Shown one piece after another: positions 51,402 to 60,842 of a stretch of DNA of 64,000 nucleotides. The stretch comes from Rudaea sp. (GTDB lineage: Bacteria > Pseudomonadota > Gammaproteobacteria > Xanthomonadales > Rhodanobacteraceae): NCBI GenBank assembly GCA_035655975.1, contig DASRTK010000058.1, forward strand, positions 2,245 to 66,244, written 5' to 3'. The notes beneath the pieces are model-generated. The model saw only the letters and a program-made list of their open reading frames with translations. It was not told the origin of the DNA and did not search any database. The position numbers were made by a program, and so were the translations under genes. Numbering within the stretch: the first letter of the stretch is position 1; each line of letters starts with the position of its first letter.

Positions 51402-52519
51402 AAGCACGCAAGATCCTCTTCATCGACCGCGATGGAACGCTGATCGTCGAGCCGCCGGACGAACAGATCGACAGCTTCGAGAAGTTCGCGCTCGTCGACG
51501 GCGTGATCCCGGCACTGCGGCGCTGCGTCGCGGCCGGATATGAGCTCGTGATGGTCACGAACCAGGACGGGCTCGGCACACCGGGCTTCCCGCAAGCCAG
51601 TTTCGACGGGCCGCAGAACCTGCTGCTGCAGATCCTGCGTTCCCAAGGGATAGTTTTTCGCGACATGCTGATCGACGGCAGCTTCGCGCACGAAGGCAAG
51701 GACACGCGCAAGCCCGGCATCGGCATGTTGCGCGGTTATCTAGCTGCCGACGACTGGAGCCGCGCCGTGTCCGCCGTGATCGGCGATCGCGAGACCGATG
51801 TGCAGCTCGCCGCGAATCTGGGCCTGCGCAGTTTCCGAATCGGTCCGGATTGGGACTGGGATGCGATTGCGCATGTCCTGTGCGATGCGCCGCGCATCGC
51901 CGAGGTCGAGCGCTCGACGAAAGAAACACGCATTCGCGTGAAGGTCGACCTCGACCGTGCCGCCGATGCCGTCGTTGCCACGGGCAACGGTTTTTTCGAT
52001 CACATGCTCGAACAAATCGGCAAGCACGGCGGCTTCTCCTTGAATCTGGTCTGCGCCGGCGACGGTCATGTAGACGAGCACCACATCGTCGAGGACTGCG
52101 CGCTGGCCCTCGGCGAGGCGTTGCGCTCCGCACTCGGCGACAAACGCGGCATCGGCCGCTACGGCGCAGCCATCGAAGCCGACCAGCCCCCAGCCCTCAG
52201 CCCTCAGCCCTCACCGATCGACATCACGCTGCCAATGGACGAGACGCTCGCTCGCGCCGCGCTCGACTTGTCGGGGCGGCCATACTTCGTCTTCGACGGA
52301 ACGTTTCCGCGCGAGCGCGTTGGTGAACTGCCGACGGAACTCGTGCCGCATTTCTTCCGCTCGCTGTGCGAGACCCTCGGCGCAAACCTGCATCTGGCCG
52401 TGCGCGGGCAGAACGCGCATCACATGGTCGAAGCCTGCTTCAAGTCCACGGCGCGTGCGTTGCGCCAGGCGCTGCGGCGAGATGGTGATGCGCTGCCGAG
52501 CACCAAGGGTGTCCTATGA
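51398..52519 (+). CDS. hisB: Bifunctional histidinol-phosphatase / imidazoleglycerol-phosphate dehydratase
   Basis: [11 protein letters not shown] motif, FFDHML, DEHH.VED, PMDE, N.HH..E..FK. Confidence 0.96.
   Translation: MKARKILFIDRDGTLIVEPPDEQIDSFEKFALVDGVIPALRRCVAAGYELVMVTNQDGLGTPGFPQASFDGPQNLLLQILRSQGIVFRDMLIDGSFAHEGKDTRKPGIGMLRGYLAADDWSRAVSAVIGDRETDVQLAANLGLRSFRIGPDWDWDAIAHVLCDAPRIAEVERSTKETRIRVKVDLDRAADAVVATGNGFFDHMLEQIGKHGGFSLNLVCAGDGHVDEHHIVEDCALALGEALRSALGDKRGIGRYGAAIEADQPPALSPQPSPIDITLPMDETLARAALDLSGRPYFVFDGTFPRERVGELPTELVPHFFRSLCETLGANLHLAVRGQNAHHMVEACFKSTARALRQALRRDGDALPSTKGVL
52184..52211 (+). repeat. In-frame (CAGCCCY)4 heptamer repeat within hisB
   Basis: cagcccc-cagccct-cagccct-cagccct encoding QPPALSPQP. 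Confidence 0.75.
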
Positions 52520-53127
52520 CGCGGGGCGGGTCGAAGCGCGACGTCGTGCTCGTCGACGGAGGCGGCACGAATATCGGCTCGGTGCGCTATGCCTTGCAGC
52601 GGCTCGGCCTCGACGCGGAAATGACGGCTGATGCTGAGCGGATCTCCGCGGCGAGTCACGTGATTCTGCCAGGTGTCGGCGCCGCCGGTCCCGGGATGAA
52701 GAAGTTGCGCGAGGCCGGATTGCTTGAAGTACTGCGCGGCTTGCGCCAGCCGTTGCTCGGCGTCTGCCTCGGCATGCAGTTGCTGTACGAGCGCTCCGAG
52801 GAGAGCGACACCGAGTGCCTCGGTCTGTTGCCGGGTACGGTCGCGCATTTCCCGGCAGGCGTCGGGCTGCGCATTCCCCACATGGGCTGGAACCTGCTTC
52901 GGGTCGAACGCGACGACGCGTTGCTGGCCGATTTGGGCGAGGAACCCTATGCGTATTTCGTGCACAGCTACGCCGCGCCGGTAACTTCCGCCACGATCGC
53001 GAGTACGGAGCACGGCGACCGATTCAGCGCCGTCGTGCGGCAAGGAAATGTCTGCGGCATGCAGTTCCATCCCGAACGGTCCGCAGCCGTGGGTGCGCGT
53101 CTGCTGCAAAACTTTCTCGAGCTCTGA
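52516..53127 (+). CDS. hisH: Imidazole glycerol phosphate synthase, glutaminase subunit
   Basis: LPGVG, GVCLGMQ, PHMGWN, YFVHSY, QFHPE. Confidence 0.96.
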   Translation: MTRGGSKRDVVLVDGGGTNIGSVRYALQRLGLDAEMTADAERISAASHVILPGVGAAGPGMKKLREAGLLEVLRGLRQPLLGVCLGMQLLYERSEESDTECLGLLPGTVAHFPAGVGLRIPHMGWNLLRVERDDALLADLGEEPYAYFVHSYAAPVTSATIASTEHGDRFSAVVRQGNVCGMQFHPERSAAVGARLLQNFLEL

Positions 53128-53129
53128 CG

Positions 53130-53855
53130 ATGGAGATCATACCGGCCATCGACTTGCGCGCAGGCAAGGTTGTGCGCCTCGCACAGGGCGACTACGCGCG
53201 CGAAACACGTTATCCGGTCGAGCCGGCAGATCTCGCCCGTACCTATGCCGCAGCGGGAGCGCAGTGGCTGCATGTCGTCGATCTCGACGGCGCGCGTTCG
53301 GGCGCACTGGAGAACCTGCGCATCATCCAGGCGATCGCTGCGACCGGCATGCAGGTTCAGGCCGGCGGCGGCGTACGCAGTGAAGGCGACCTGCAGAGAC
53401 TGTTCGACGCTGGCGTCGCGCGGGCCGTCGTCGGCAGCGTTGCCGTGCGCGATCCCGAGCACGTCGAAAACTGGATCGCGCGCTACGGCGACGAGCGCAT
53501 CTGCATCGCGCTCGACACGCGCGCCGATGCGGCTGGCTGGTGGACGCTGCCGGTAAAGGGCTGGACCGAAGTGGCGTCGTCCGGACTCGATGAGCTCGCG
53601 CGCCGCTATGCCCGCGTGGGCGCCCGGCATCTGCTCTGCACCGACATCGATCGCGACGGCATGATGTCTGGTCCCAACCTCGCGCTGTACGCGCATCTGC
53701 GCGAGATCGTTCCGGAGCTCGCCGTGCAGGCGTCCGGCGGCGTGCGTGGTGTCGATGATCTGCGCATACTCCGAGATGATGGCGCCGCGGGCGCGATACT
53801 CGGGCGCAGCCTGCTCGAAGGCCGCCTCACGCTGGCGGAGGCGTTGCGGTGTTGA
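53130..53855 (+). CDS. hisA: ProFAR isomerase
   Basis: IIPAIDL..G.VVRL.QG, HVVDLDGA, GGGVR, TDI.RDG. Confidence 0.96.
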   Translation: MEIIPAIDLRAGKVVRLAQGDYARETRYPVEPADLARTYAAAGAQWLHVVDLDGARSGALENLRIIQAIAATGMQVQAGGGVRSEGDLQRLFDAGVARAVVGSVAVRDPEHVENWIARYGDERICIALDTRADAAGWWTLPVKGWTEVASSGLDELARRYARVGARHLLCTDIDRDGMMSGPNLALYAHLREIVPELAVQASGGVRGVDDLRILRDDGAAGAILGRSLLEGRLTLAEALRC

Positions 53856-53874
53856 CGCGGCGTCAAATTGCGTA

Positions 53875-54012
53875 CCCTCTCCCCCAAGCTTTGCTTGGCG
53901 GAGAGGGTAGGGTGAGGGGGCAGCGCCGGGATATTCCGTCCGCGTTGAGGCAGAACCAGACGCTTCCCCCTCACCCCAGTCCTCTCCCCCGACTGCTGTC
54001 GGGGGAGAGGGA
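53875..54012. repeat. CCCTCTCCC/GGGAGAGGG-type inverted doublet (family 3)
   Basis: ccctctccccc...ggagagggtagggtgagggg and ccccctcaccccagtcctctccccc...gggggagaggga between hisA and hisF. Confidence 0.8.
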
Positions 54013-54054
54013 GCAGGGCACCCGTGCAGATCGGCGTTTCGGTGGCGACTGGTC

Positions 54055-54825
54055 ATGCTGACCCGACGCATCATTCCGTGCCTAGACGTGCGCGACGGCG
54101 AAGTCGTCAAGGGTATCCGCTTCCGCGACCACGTTCTCATGGGCGCGATCGAGGATCTCGCGCGGCGCTACCGTGACGCCGGTGCCGATGAACTCGTGTT
54201 CTACGACATCACGGCGAGCCCGCAGCAGCGCGCGGTCGATTGCACCTGGGTCGAACGCGTTGCGCGCATCATCGACATTCCGTTCTGCGTGGCCGGCGGC
54301 ATCCGCAGCGTGGCCGACGCGCGCGCAGTCCTGCACGCCGGCGCCGACAAGGTATCGGTTAATTCACCGGCGCTTGAGCGTCCAGAACTGATCGGCGAGC
54401 TTGCCGCAGCGTTCGGCGTGCAGTGCGTCGTCGCCGGCATCGACAGCCTGCGCGACGCCGACGGCGAGTGGCGTGTGCGTCAGTACAGCGGCGACCCCGA
54501 CAAGACGCGGGCGTTACCCAGACGGACGCTGGACTGGGTCGTCGAGGCGCAAGAGCGCGGCGCCGGCGAGATCGTGCTGAACTGCATGGGTTCGGACGGC
54601 GTGCGCAACGGCTACGACATCGAGCAACTGGCCGCCGTGCGTGCGCTGTGCCGCGTGCCGCTGATCGCCTCGGGCGGAGCCGGTGCGCCGGAACACTTTC
54701 TCGCGGTATTCTCGCAGGCGGATGTCGATGGCGCGCTCGCGGCCAGCGTGTTTCACTCGGGCGCGATCGCGATTGGCGGCCTGAAGGATTATCTGCACGC
54801 GCAGGGCGTTCCGATCCGGCCATGA
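54055..54825 (+). CDS. hisF: Imidazole glycerol phosphate synthase, cyclase subunit
   Basis: [45 protein letters not shown]. Confidence 0.96.
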   Translation: MLTRRIIPCLDVRDGEVVKGIRFRDHVLMGAIEDLARRYRDAGADELVFYDITASPQQRAVDCTWVERVARIIDIPFCVAGGIRSVADARAVLHAGADKVSVNSPALERPELIGELAAAFGVQCVVAGIDSLRDADGEWRVRQYSGDPDKTRALPRRTLDWVVEAQERGAGEIVLNCMGSDGVRNGYDIEQLAAVRALCRVPLIASGGAGAPEHFLAVFSQADVDGALAASVFHSGAIAIGGLKDYLHAQGVPIRP

Positions 54826-54868
54826 AGGCATTGCTGACTTGCTCCGCCGACCTGCCCGAGGGATGATC

Positions 54869-55510
54869 ATGGCTGACGTTCTGATCGATGCCGACAAACT
54901 CGACTGGAGCAAAGGCGGCGGACTGCTGCCCGCGGTTATCCAGCACTGGCGCAGCGGTGCCGTGCTGATGCTCGGCTACATGAGCCGAGAGGCGCTGATA
55001 CAGACGCAGCAAAGTGGAAAAGTGACATTCTTCAGTCGCAGCAAGCGGCGTCTGTGGACCAAGGGCGAGACTTCGGGCAACTTCCTGCTGTTCAAGGCGG
55101 TGTTTGCCGACTGCGACAACGACGCGTTGGTGGTTCACGCGGAACCGCAAGGTCCGACCTGCCATCTCGGTACAGAGAGCTGCTTCGGCGATGCCTCGGC
55201 GCCGCCCTTGGCGTTTCTGGCCGAACTCGACGCGCTGGTTGCCGCTCGCGAGCGCGATCGTCCGGCCGGTAGTTACACGACACGCTTGTTCGAGTCCGGC
55301 CTGCGCCGCATCGCGCAGAAGGTCGGCGAGGAGGGTGTGGAAGCGGCGCTCTCTGCCGTGGCGGAGGACAAGCAGGCCCTGGTCGGCGAATCGGCCGATC
55401 TGCTGTTCCACCTGCTGGTCCTGCTGCGCGCCCGCGATGCGTCGCTCGCCGACGTTACAGCGGCGCTGGCCGCGCGCCACACCGCGCCGGAACAGGGAGG
55501 CGCAGAGTAG
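54869..55510 (+). CDS. hisI: Bifunctional PR-AMP cyclohydrolase / PR-ATP pyrophosphatase (HisIE)
   Basis: SRS..RLW.KGETSG, DCDND, CHLG..SCF, QKVGEE, ADLLFH; alternative start 54863. Confidence 0.95.
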   Translation: MADVLIDADKLDWSKGGGLLPAVIQHWRSGAVLMLGYMSREALIQTQQSGKVTFFSRSKRRLWTKGETSGNFLLFKAVFADCDNDALVVHAEPQGPTCHLGTESCFGDASAPPLAFLAELDALVAARERDRPAGSYTTRLFESGLRRIAQKVGEEGVEAALSAVAEDKQALVGESADLLFHLLVLLRARDASLADVTAALAARHTAPEQGGAE

Positions 55511-55512
55511 GG

Positions 55513-56436
55513 ATGCAGCGCTGGAAGACGCTCGACGGCTCGGCGCCGCGAATCATCGCCCATCGTGGCGCGAGCGGCTATCGACCCGAGCACACGCTCG
55601 ACGGCTACGCGCTCGCGGCCGCGCAGGGCGCCGACGTGCTCGAACCCGACCTGGTGCTCAGTCGCGACCGCGTGCTGTTCGCGCGCCACGACCTGGGGCT
55701 TGCGCGCAGCACGGACATTGCCTCGCACGCGCAGTTCGCGAGCCGTGCTCGCGAGATCGCCGGCCAGCGCGACTGGTGGGTCAGTGATTTCACGGCCGGC
55801 GAACTCGACTCGTTGCGCGCGATCCAGCCATTTCCGGAGCGCGGCAGGCGTTTCGACGGCCACCTGGTGGTGCCCAGATTCTCGATGCTCCTGGATCTGC
55901 GTGCAGCGGTCAGCGCCAACTATGGCCGCACGATTGCGGCGTATCCGGAGTTGAAGCACCCGGAATATTTTCGCGCGTTGGGTCTGGACCCTGTGGCAGC
56001 CTTGCACGAGGAACTGGCCGCGCGCGAGTTGCTCGGGGCCACCTCGCCGGTCTGGATCCAATGCTTCGATCATGCGGTCCTCCGAGAGGCGAAGGAGCGC
56101 TGCGGAAATCCGTGTTTCGCCTTGCTCGAAAATGTTCCGGCTGAGCAGGTCGGACGCGACACGCTGCTCCGGGAGGTCTGCCGTTGGGCCGAGGGCGTGG
56201 CGCCGCCGAAGCACCTGTTGTGGGACCGCATCGGCAACGACAACGGTCTGGTAGCAGCGGCGCACGCACTCGGCCTGCAGGTACACGCATGGACGTTTCG
56301 CGACGATCGCCCCCCGGCGCCATTCGTGAGCGCACGTGAAGAGCTGTTCGCCGCATTCGCGCTTGGTGTCGATGCGCTGTTTTGCGACTTTCCGGATACG
56401 GCGATCGATGCGCGGAGGGTGTTTGCGCCGGTTTAG
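55513..56436 (+). CDS. Glycerophosphodiester phosphodiesterase family
   Basis: IAHRGASGYRPEHT, E.DLV, RHD, ELK, VHAWT, GVD..F.DFP. Confidence 0.9.
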   Translation: MQRWKTLDGSAPRIIAHRGASGYRPEHTLDGYALAAAQGADVLEPDLVLSRDRVLFARHDLGLARSTDIASHAQFASRAREIAGQRDWWVSDFTAGELDSLRAIQPFPERGRRFDGHLVVPRFSMLLDLRAAVSANYGRTIAAYPELKHPEYFRALGLDPVAALHEELAARELLGATSPVWIQCFDHAVLREAKERCGNPCFALLENVPAEQVGRDTLLREVCRWAEGVAPPKHLLWDRIGNDNGLVAAAHALGLQVHAWTFRDDRPPAPFVSAREELFAAFALGVDALFCDFPDTAIDARRVFAPV

Positions 56437-56465
56437 GCAAACACGGGAGTTTTCCTCAGGTCGTC

Positions 56466-56556
56466 GTCATTCCCGCGGAAGCGGGAATCCATTTTGATCT
56501 CGCTTTCTGCCTTTTGCATGCAGAGCAACGTGGATTCCCGCTTCCGCGGGAATGAC
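56466..56556. repeat. CGTC-tagged REP doublet (family 2)
   Basis: GTCATTCCCGCGGAAGCGGGAATCCATTTTG...AGAGCAACGTGGATTCCCGCTTCCGCGGGAATGAC. Confidence 0.9.
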
Positions 56557-56651
56557 GGCAGTTGAAGGGGGCTTTGGCGCTTCATCGCTTTCCAACGCCG
56601 CACGCTCAAGGCCCCGACTCTGCCGGGACGATGTGTATACCGGGATGGCGT

Positions 56652-57740
56652 TCAGTCCGACGCTGAAACGCTCGCGGTCAATGTGTCGGCCTTGGCCGGC
56701 CGCGCCCGCGTCGGCACCGCGGGCTGGAACGGCACCGCTGGTCCGAGCCGCAGGCCCTCGCGCCACAGTCGCAGTTGCGCCTCTATCTGCGGCGTCTTCG
56801 ATATCTGCGGATCCGAATGTTCTTCGCCCGCCTTCGTTTCCCAGTCGTTGACGAGCTTGCGCGCCTCATCGAACGCGCCGTCGAAGGTGTCGCTGTGGTT
56901 CAGGCCGTTGACGAAGAACGCGCGGCCGAAATCGGTGATGTCGGACTTGGTCCCGCAACCGAACGACGGACGATCCCTGCGCGACGCCGTGATGACCATC
57001 GTCGAAGGTCCCTTGAGCGCGTCGATGAAGCCGCCGGAATAGCAGGCGGACAGCACGATGACCTTGTTGCGGATGTTCGAGCCGGCGAGCAGGTCGGCCA
57101 GATCCTCGGGAGCGATCAGGTCGAGTGGCAGCGGGTCGAGGTCGACCGCGAGTTCGTGTTCGGCCGAGCCGTGGCTTGTAATGAACAGCAGCAGCACGTC
57201 TTCGTCGGTCTTCATCTTCGCGGCGACCGCGTCGATTGCGGTCTCCAGGTTGCTCAGGCTGGCCAGGGGCCGTTGCGTCAGCGTCGCCGGGTTGTTGATC
57301 AGCACGAGCGTATGGCCGCCGGCATCGAAGCGTTCGGCGAACTGCTTTTCGACGTACTCGACCTCGTTGCGGAAAACATTTTCGCTGCCGTCTCCGGCGA
57401 ATGCGACCAGGTACAGATTTACCTTTCCCGGCGTGCGCGGCGTCAGTTTCGAAATCGCCTCGTCCATGCGCTTTCCCTGCGCGTACATGACCTGTTCGGG
57501 CGTGCCGGCTTCGTCGGGCCATGCAGGCGTGCTGTCGTCGTCGTTGTCGCCGGAGTCGTCGTTGCCGGCAGAATCGGGTGTGGAGTCGGCAGCGGAGTTC
57601 CCGCCGGTCGCAGCGGTTGCCGCTTCGCTGGCGACGGATTCGCGCGCGACGTCCTGCTCGTGGCGAACCAGATACACGGCGGCAATCACGCCGAGCGAGA
57701 ACGCGAAGAGGAACGTCAGCAGCAGTTTGTGACGAATCAT
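56652..57740 (-). CDS. C13-family (legumain-like) peptidase, membrane anchored
   Basis: N-terminal TM; VFRNEV, TSHGS, SACYSGGFI, SFGC. Confidence 0.85.
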   Translation of the reverse strand: MIRHKLLLTFLFAFSLGVIAAVYLVRHEQDVARESVASEAATAATGGNSAADSTPDSAGNDDSGDNDDDSTPAWPDEAGTPEQVMYAQGKRMDEAISKLTPRTPGKVNLYLVAFAGDGSENVFRNEVEYVEKQFAERFDAGGHTLVLINNPATLTQRPLASLSNLETAIDAVAAKMKTDEDVLLLFITSHGSAEHELAVDLDPLPLDLIAPEDLADLLAGSNIRNKVIVLSACYSGGFIDALKGPSTMVITASRRDRPSFGCGTKSDITDFGRAFFVNGLNHSDTFDGAFDEARKLVNDWETKAGEEHSDPQISKTPQIEAQLRLWREGLRLGPAVPFQPAVPTRARPAKADTLTASVSASD

Positions 57741-58375
57741 CGTCCGGTTCCGGCTCGGGTCGCTCGGCGCAAGCGCAGCGGGTTCGGAATCAGCGCAGGG
57801 ACTTCCTCCTGGAATCTACGATAGGCGTCGCCGAACCGCTCGATCATCCAGCATTCCTCGAGCTTGAGCTTGCGCCAGAGTGCGACATAGCCGATTGCCA
57901 CGGCCAGAACACCGCGCCATTCGTCGCGCGCGATGGCCGACCCGACGAAACCGAGCAGGATGCCGGTATAGATTGGATGACGCACAAAACGGTAAGGGCC
58001 GCCACGCACGAGTTCATGATCCTCTTTGAGCGTGACGACTCCGCTCCAGTTGCGGCCGAGCCAGTGGCGCGCCCATATCGCGAAGGCCAGCCCGGCGATG
58101 AGCACGCTCACGCCGGTGAAGTAAATCGCAGCGCCTGGTGCAACGATCTTGTCGCAGAAGAAAGGCGGGAACAAGGCCCACGTGCCGGTCCGGCATCCTG
58201 GAAGGGTTCGTGCGAATAACAGCCAGGAGGCCAGACCGAGGGGAAGGACGTGTCCGAGGCGCGATGCGGCCGATTCCTCGCGCTCAGTCGTTTTGGTTCC
58301 GTACGCGGCAATCGTCCAGTAGACGACCCACGTCACCCAGACTATCGGAACCAGGTTGAAGACGATCGCGTCCAT
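57737..58375 (-). CDS. Isoprenylcysteine carboxyl methyltransferase family membrane protein
   Basis: LGRNWS...DHELV..GPY..VRHPIYTG; EE..M..RFG..Y..F. Confidence 0.85.
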   Translation of the reverse strand: MDAIVFNLVPIVWVTWVVYWTIAAYGTKTTEREESAASRLGHVLPLGLASWLLFARTLPGCRTGTWALFPPFFCDKIVAPGAAIYFTGVSVLIAGLAFAIWARHWLGRNWSGVVTLKEDHELVRGGPYRFVRHPIYTGILLGFVGSAIARDEWRGVLAVAIGYVALWRKLKLEECWMIERFGDAYRRFQEEVPALIPNPLRLRRATRAGTGR

Positions 58376-58392
58376 TGCACCGGTAGCGTGGA

Positions 58393-59079
58393 TCAGTCAG
58401 ACGCGATCGCGCTGAAGTCCGCGACACAAGGGTGCGTGCTACCTGTCGGGCAGACAGACGGCGGGCGTGCCAGCAACACCGTGCGCATGCCGGCCGCGTG
58501 CGCTGCATCGAGTTCTTCGACGATGTCGGACAGGAACAGCACGTTTTCGCCGGGCCGTCCGATGACGCCGAGAATGCTCCGGTACGACGCCACGTCGCGC
58601 TTGGCGCCGATTTCGGTGTCGAAGTAGCCGGAAAACAATGATGTCAGGTCGCCGGCCTCGGTATGGGCGAAGAACAGCTTCTGCGCCGGCACCGATCCGG
58701 AGGAATAAACGTACAAATCCACATTCTGCGCTTTCCATTCGCGCAGCTTTTCGGCGACTTCCGGATAGACGTGCGCGCGGTATTCGCCGCTGCGGTAGCC
58801 TTCCTCCCAGATCATTCCCTGAAGGGCCTTGAGCGGCGTGGCTTTGCGATCCTCGTCGATCCAGCGCTGCAGCAACTCGATCATCTCCTGCTGCGAAGCC
58901 GAAACGAGGCCGGCCTCCTTCGCGGTCTCGTGCAGCCAGTGCTGCACGTAGGGCTTGTCGGCGTGCGTCTCGATGAACGCCGGCAGATGCTTGCGCGCGT
59001 ACGGGAACAGCACATCCTTGACGAAGCTGATCGAGCTGGTCGTGCCCTCGATGTCGGTCAGGATCGCGCGAATCGTCAT
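58393..59079 (-). CDS. mtnC: Enolase-phosphatase E1
   Basis: [36 protein letters not shown]. Confidence 0.94.
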   Translation of the reverse strand: MTIRAILTDIEGTTSSISFVKDVLFPYARKHLPAFIETHADKPYVQHWLHETAKEAGLVSASQQEMIELLQRWIDEDRKATPLKALQGMIWEEGYRSGEYRAHVYPEVAEKLREWKAQNVDLYVYSSGSVPAQKLFFAHTEAGDLTSLFSGYFDTEIGAKRDVASYRSILGVIGRPGENVLFLSDIVEELDAAHAAGMRTVLLARPPSVCPTGSTHPCVADFSAIASD

Positions 59080-59513
59080 TGCGTTTGTCTCGCGGCGATT
59101 CCGGCGCGTTCGATGTTGGTCGAATAGGCCGATTCGATCGCTCGCTTGACGCCGACCGGATCGGCGACGCGGTTGAGCAACATGCTGCTTTCGCCGCGCC
59201 CTGTCACGCGCACGTCGCCGAAACCGAGCAGGCGTCCCCACATGCTCTGGCTCAGGTCCACCGTCTCGATCGCCGACAGGCGGATTTCATCGGTCTCGCG
59301 GCTGACGATCCCGGTCTTGCGCACGACGCGATGCGTCGTCACGCCGAGTTCGATCGCGCGCAGCCGCAGCCACTCGTAGATCGTGATGAAGATGCCGATC
59401 ACGAGCGGAATCAGGATGATGCCGAGGATCAGCCGGCCCTTGGCGGTCCAGTGCAGTTCGAACCGGGCGACGATCGTCTCGCCGGGCGCGAGGGATTCCT
59501 CTAGGTAGCTCAT
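59076..59513 (-). CDS. Bacterial PH-domain membrane protein
   Basis: MSY.EESL..GE.I, one hydrophobic segment, VT..RV..K.G..SR.T.EI.L..IE.V...Q...GRLLGFG. Confidence 0.8.
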   Translation of the reverse strand: MSYLEESLAPGETIVARFELHWTAKGRLILGIILIPLVIGIFITIYEWLRLRAIELGVTTHRVVRKTGIVSRETDEIRLSAIETVDLSQSMWGRLLGFGDVRVTGRGESSMLLNRVADPVGVKRAIESAYSTNIERAGIAARQTQ

Positions 59514-60073
59514 GCCGCGACGGATTCCGGGGCGGGCAGGCGCGGGAAGCCTTCGGCGATGTCGCTGCCGGTGAAGTTCGCGACCCAGCCCTCCTTGTTC
59601 GTGAACAGGCGGATCGCGATGAAATAGGGCCGCTCGCTCATGTCGAACCAGTGACGGGTATTGTCGGGCACGCCAATGAGGTCGCCACGCTCGCACAACA
59701 CCTCATAGACCTTGTCGCCGATATGCAGCGTGAACTGGCCTTGTCCTGCAACGAAGAAGCGAACCTCGTCTTCCGAGTGGGTGTGCTCGTTGAGGAACTT
59801 TGCGCGCAACGCCGCGCGGTCCGGGTGATCGGGCGTCAGGCTGATGACGTCGACGGCCTGATAGCCCTTCTCGCGCATCAACCGGTCGATGTCCGTGCGG
59901 TAAGCGGCAATGACGTCGTCCTGGCTGGCGCCAGGCGCGACGGACTTGGCGGCTTCCCAGCGCTCGAAGCGCACGCCGGCGGCGCCGAGTTCGCGCTCGA
60001 TCTCGGTATGGTTCACGATGGTCTTCAGCGGCGCTCCGCCATCGGATTCATCGTAGATCCGCAATTGGCTCAT
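59510..60073 (-). CDS. mtnD: Acireductone dioxygenase
   Basis: [20 protein letters not shown]....HWFD, AIRLF...GWVA. Confidence 0.94.
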   Translation of the reverse strand: MSQLRIYDESDGGAPLKTIVNHTEIERELGAAGVRFERWEAAKSVAPGASQDDVIAAYRTDIDRLMREKGYQAVDVISLTPDHPDRAALRAKFLNEHTHSEDEVRFFVAGQGQFTLHIGDKVYEVLCERGDLIGVPDNTRHWFDMSERPYFIAIRLFTNKEGWVANFTGSDIAEGFPRLPAPESVAA

Positions 60074-60738
60074 GATTTCAGTCTCCTCAAATCCAGTTCG
60101 CAACCGAGCAGGAATTCGAATGCCTCGATGTGGCGTTCGGCCTCGGCCATGTCGCGGCCCCAGGTGTAGATGCCGTGGCCATCGATCAGATAGCCATATA
60201 GGGGTTTATCCGCCCGAATCCAGGCGTCGACGCGCTCGACCAGTTCGGGCATGTGCTGGGTGTTCGGGAATACCGGCACCTCGATGTGGGTTTCGTGGGT
60301 CGTCTGACCGGCAAACACCTTCAACAGTTCATAGCCATTCAGGGAAATCCGGCCGGCCGGCGCGAACAGCCGCGAGGCGACGGTCTGGGTGCGCGAATGG
60401 GTGTGCAGAACCGCGTTGGCGTCGGCGAAGCGCTGGTAGATGTGGGTATGCAGCAGCGTTTCCGCCGAAGGCCGGGCCGACGACTCGACGGCGTTGCCAC
60501 TCATGTCGACGACCATGATGTCGGCCGGCGTCAGCGCGCCCTTGTCGCGCCCGGAAACCGTTACCGCGGCGTGCGACGAGTCCAGGCGCATCGAGAAATT
60601 GCTGCTCGTGGCCGGAGTCAGACCCTGCGCGCCGAGTTTGCGTCCGGCGGCGATGATGGCTTGGGCGCAAGCGGCGAGGCGGGCGCGGTCGTAGCTCAAT
60701 CTTGAATTCCTCGACTGGATCGCGGTCGTAACAGCCAT
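60070..60738 (-). CDS. mtnB: Methylthioribulose-1-phosphate dehydratase
   Basis: [29 protein letters not shown]. Confidence 0.93.
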   Translation of the reverse strand: MAVTTAIQSRNSRLSYDRARLAACAQAIIAAGRKLGAQGLTPATSSNFSMRLDSSHAAVTVSGRDKGALTPADIMVVDMSGNAVESSARPSAETLLHTHIYQRFADANAVLHTHSRTQTVASRLFAPAGRISLNGYELLKVFAGQTTHETHIEVPVFPNTQHMPELVERVDAWIRADKPLYGYLIDGHGIYTWGRDMAEAERHIEAFEFLLGCELDLRRLKS

Positions 60739-60842
60739 GATAACCGAACCGCGCTCCCCGCGGCCCGGCGAGCGGAGCGTCGTCTCGCCAATTGCGATAG
60801 CGGGCTGTCAGAATGGCAGGATGCCAACCGTTCGGGTAACAC

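Noticed and set aside
60739-60842. SAM/SAH riboswitch upstream of mtnB
   Set aside because: A GC hairpin is present but there is no recognisable consensus; the short divergent gap must also hold promoters
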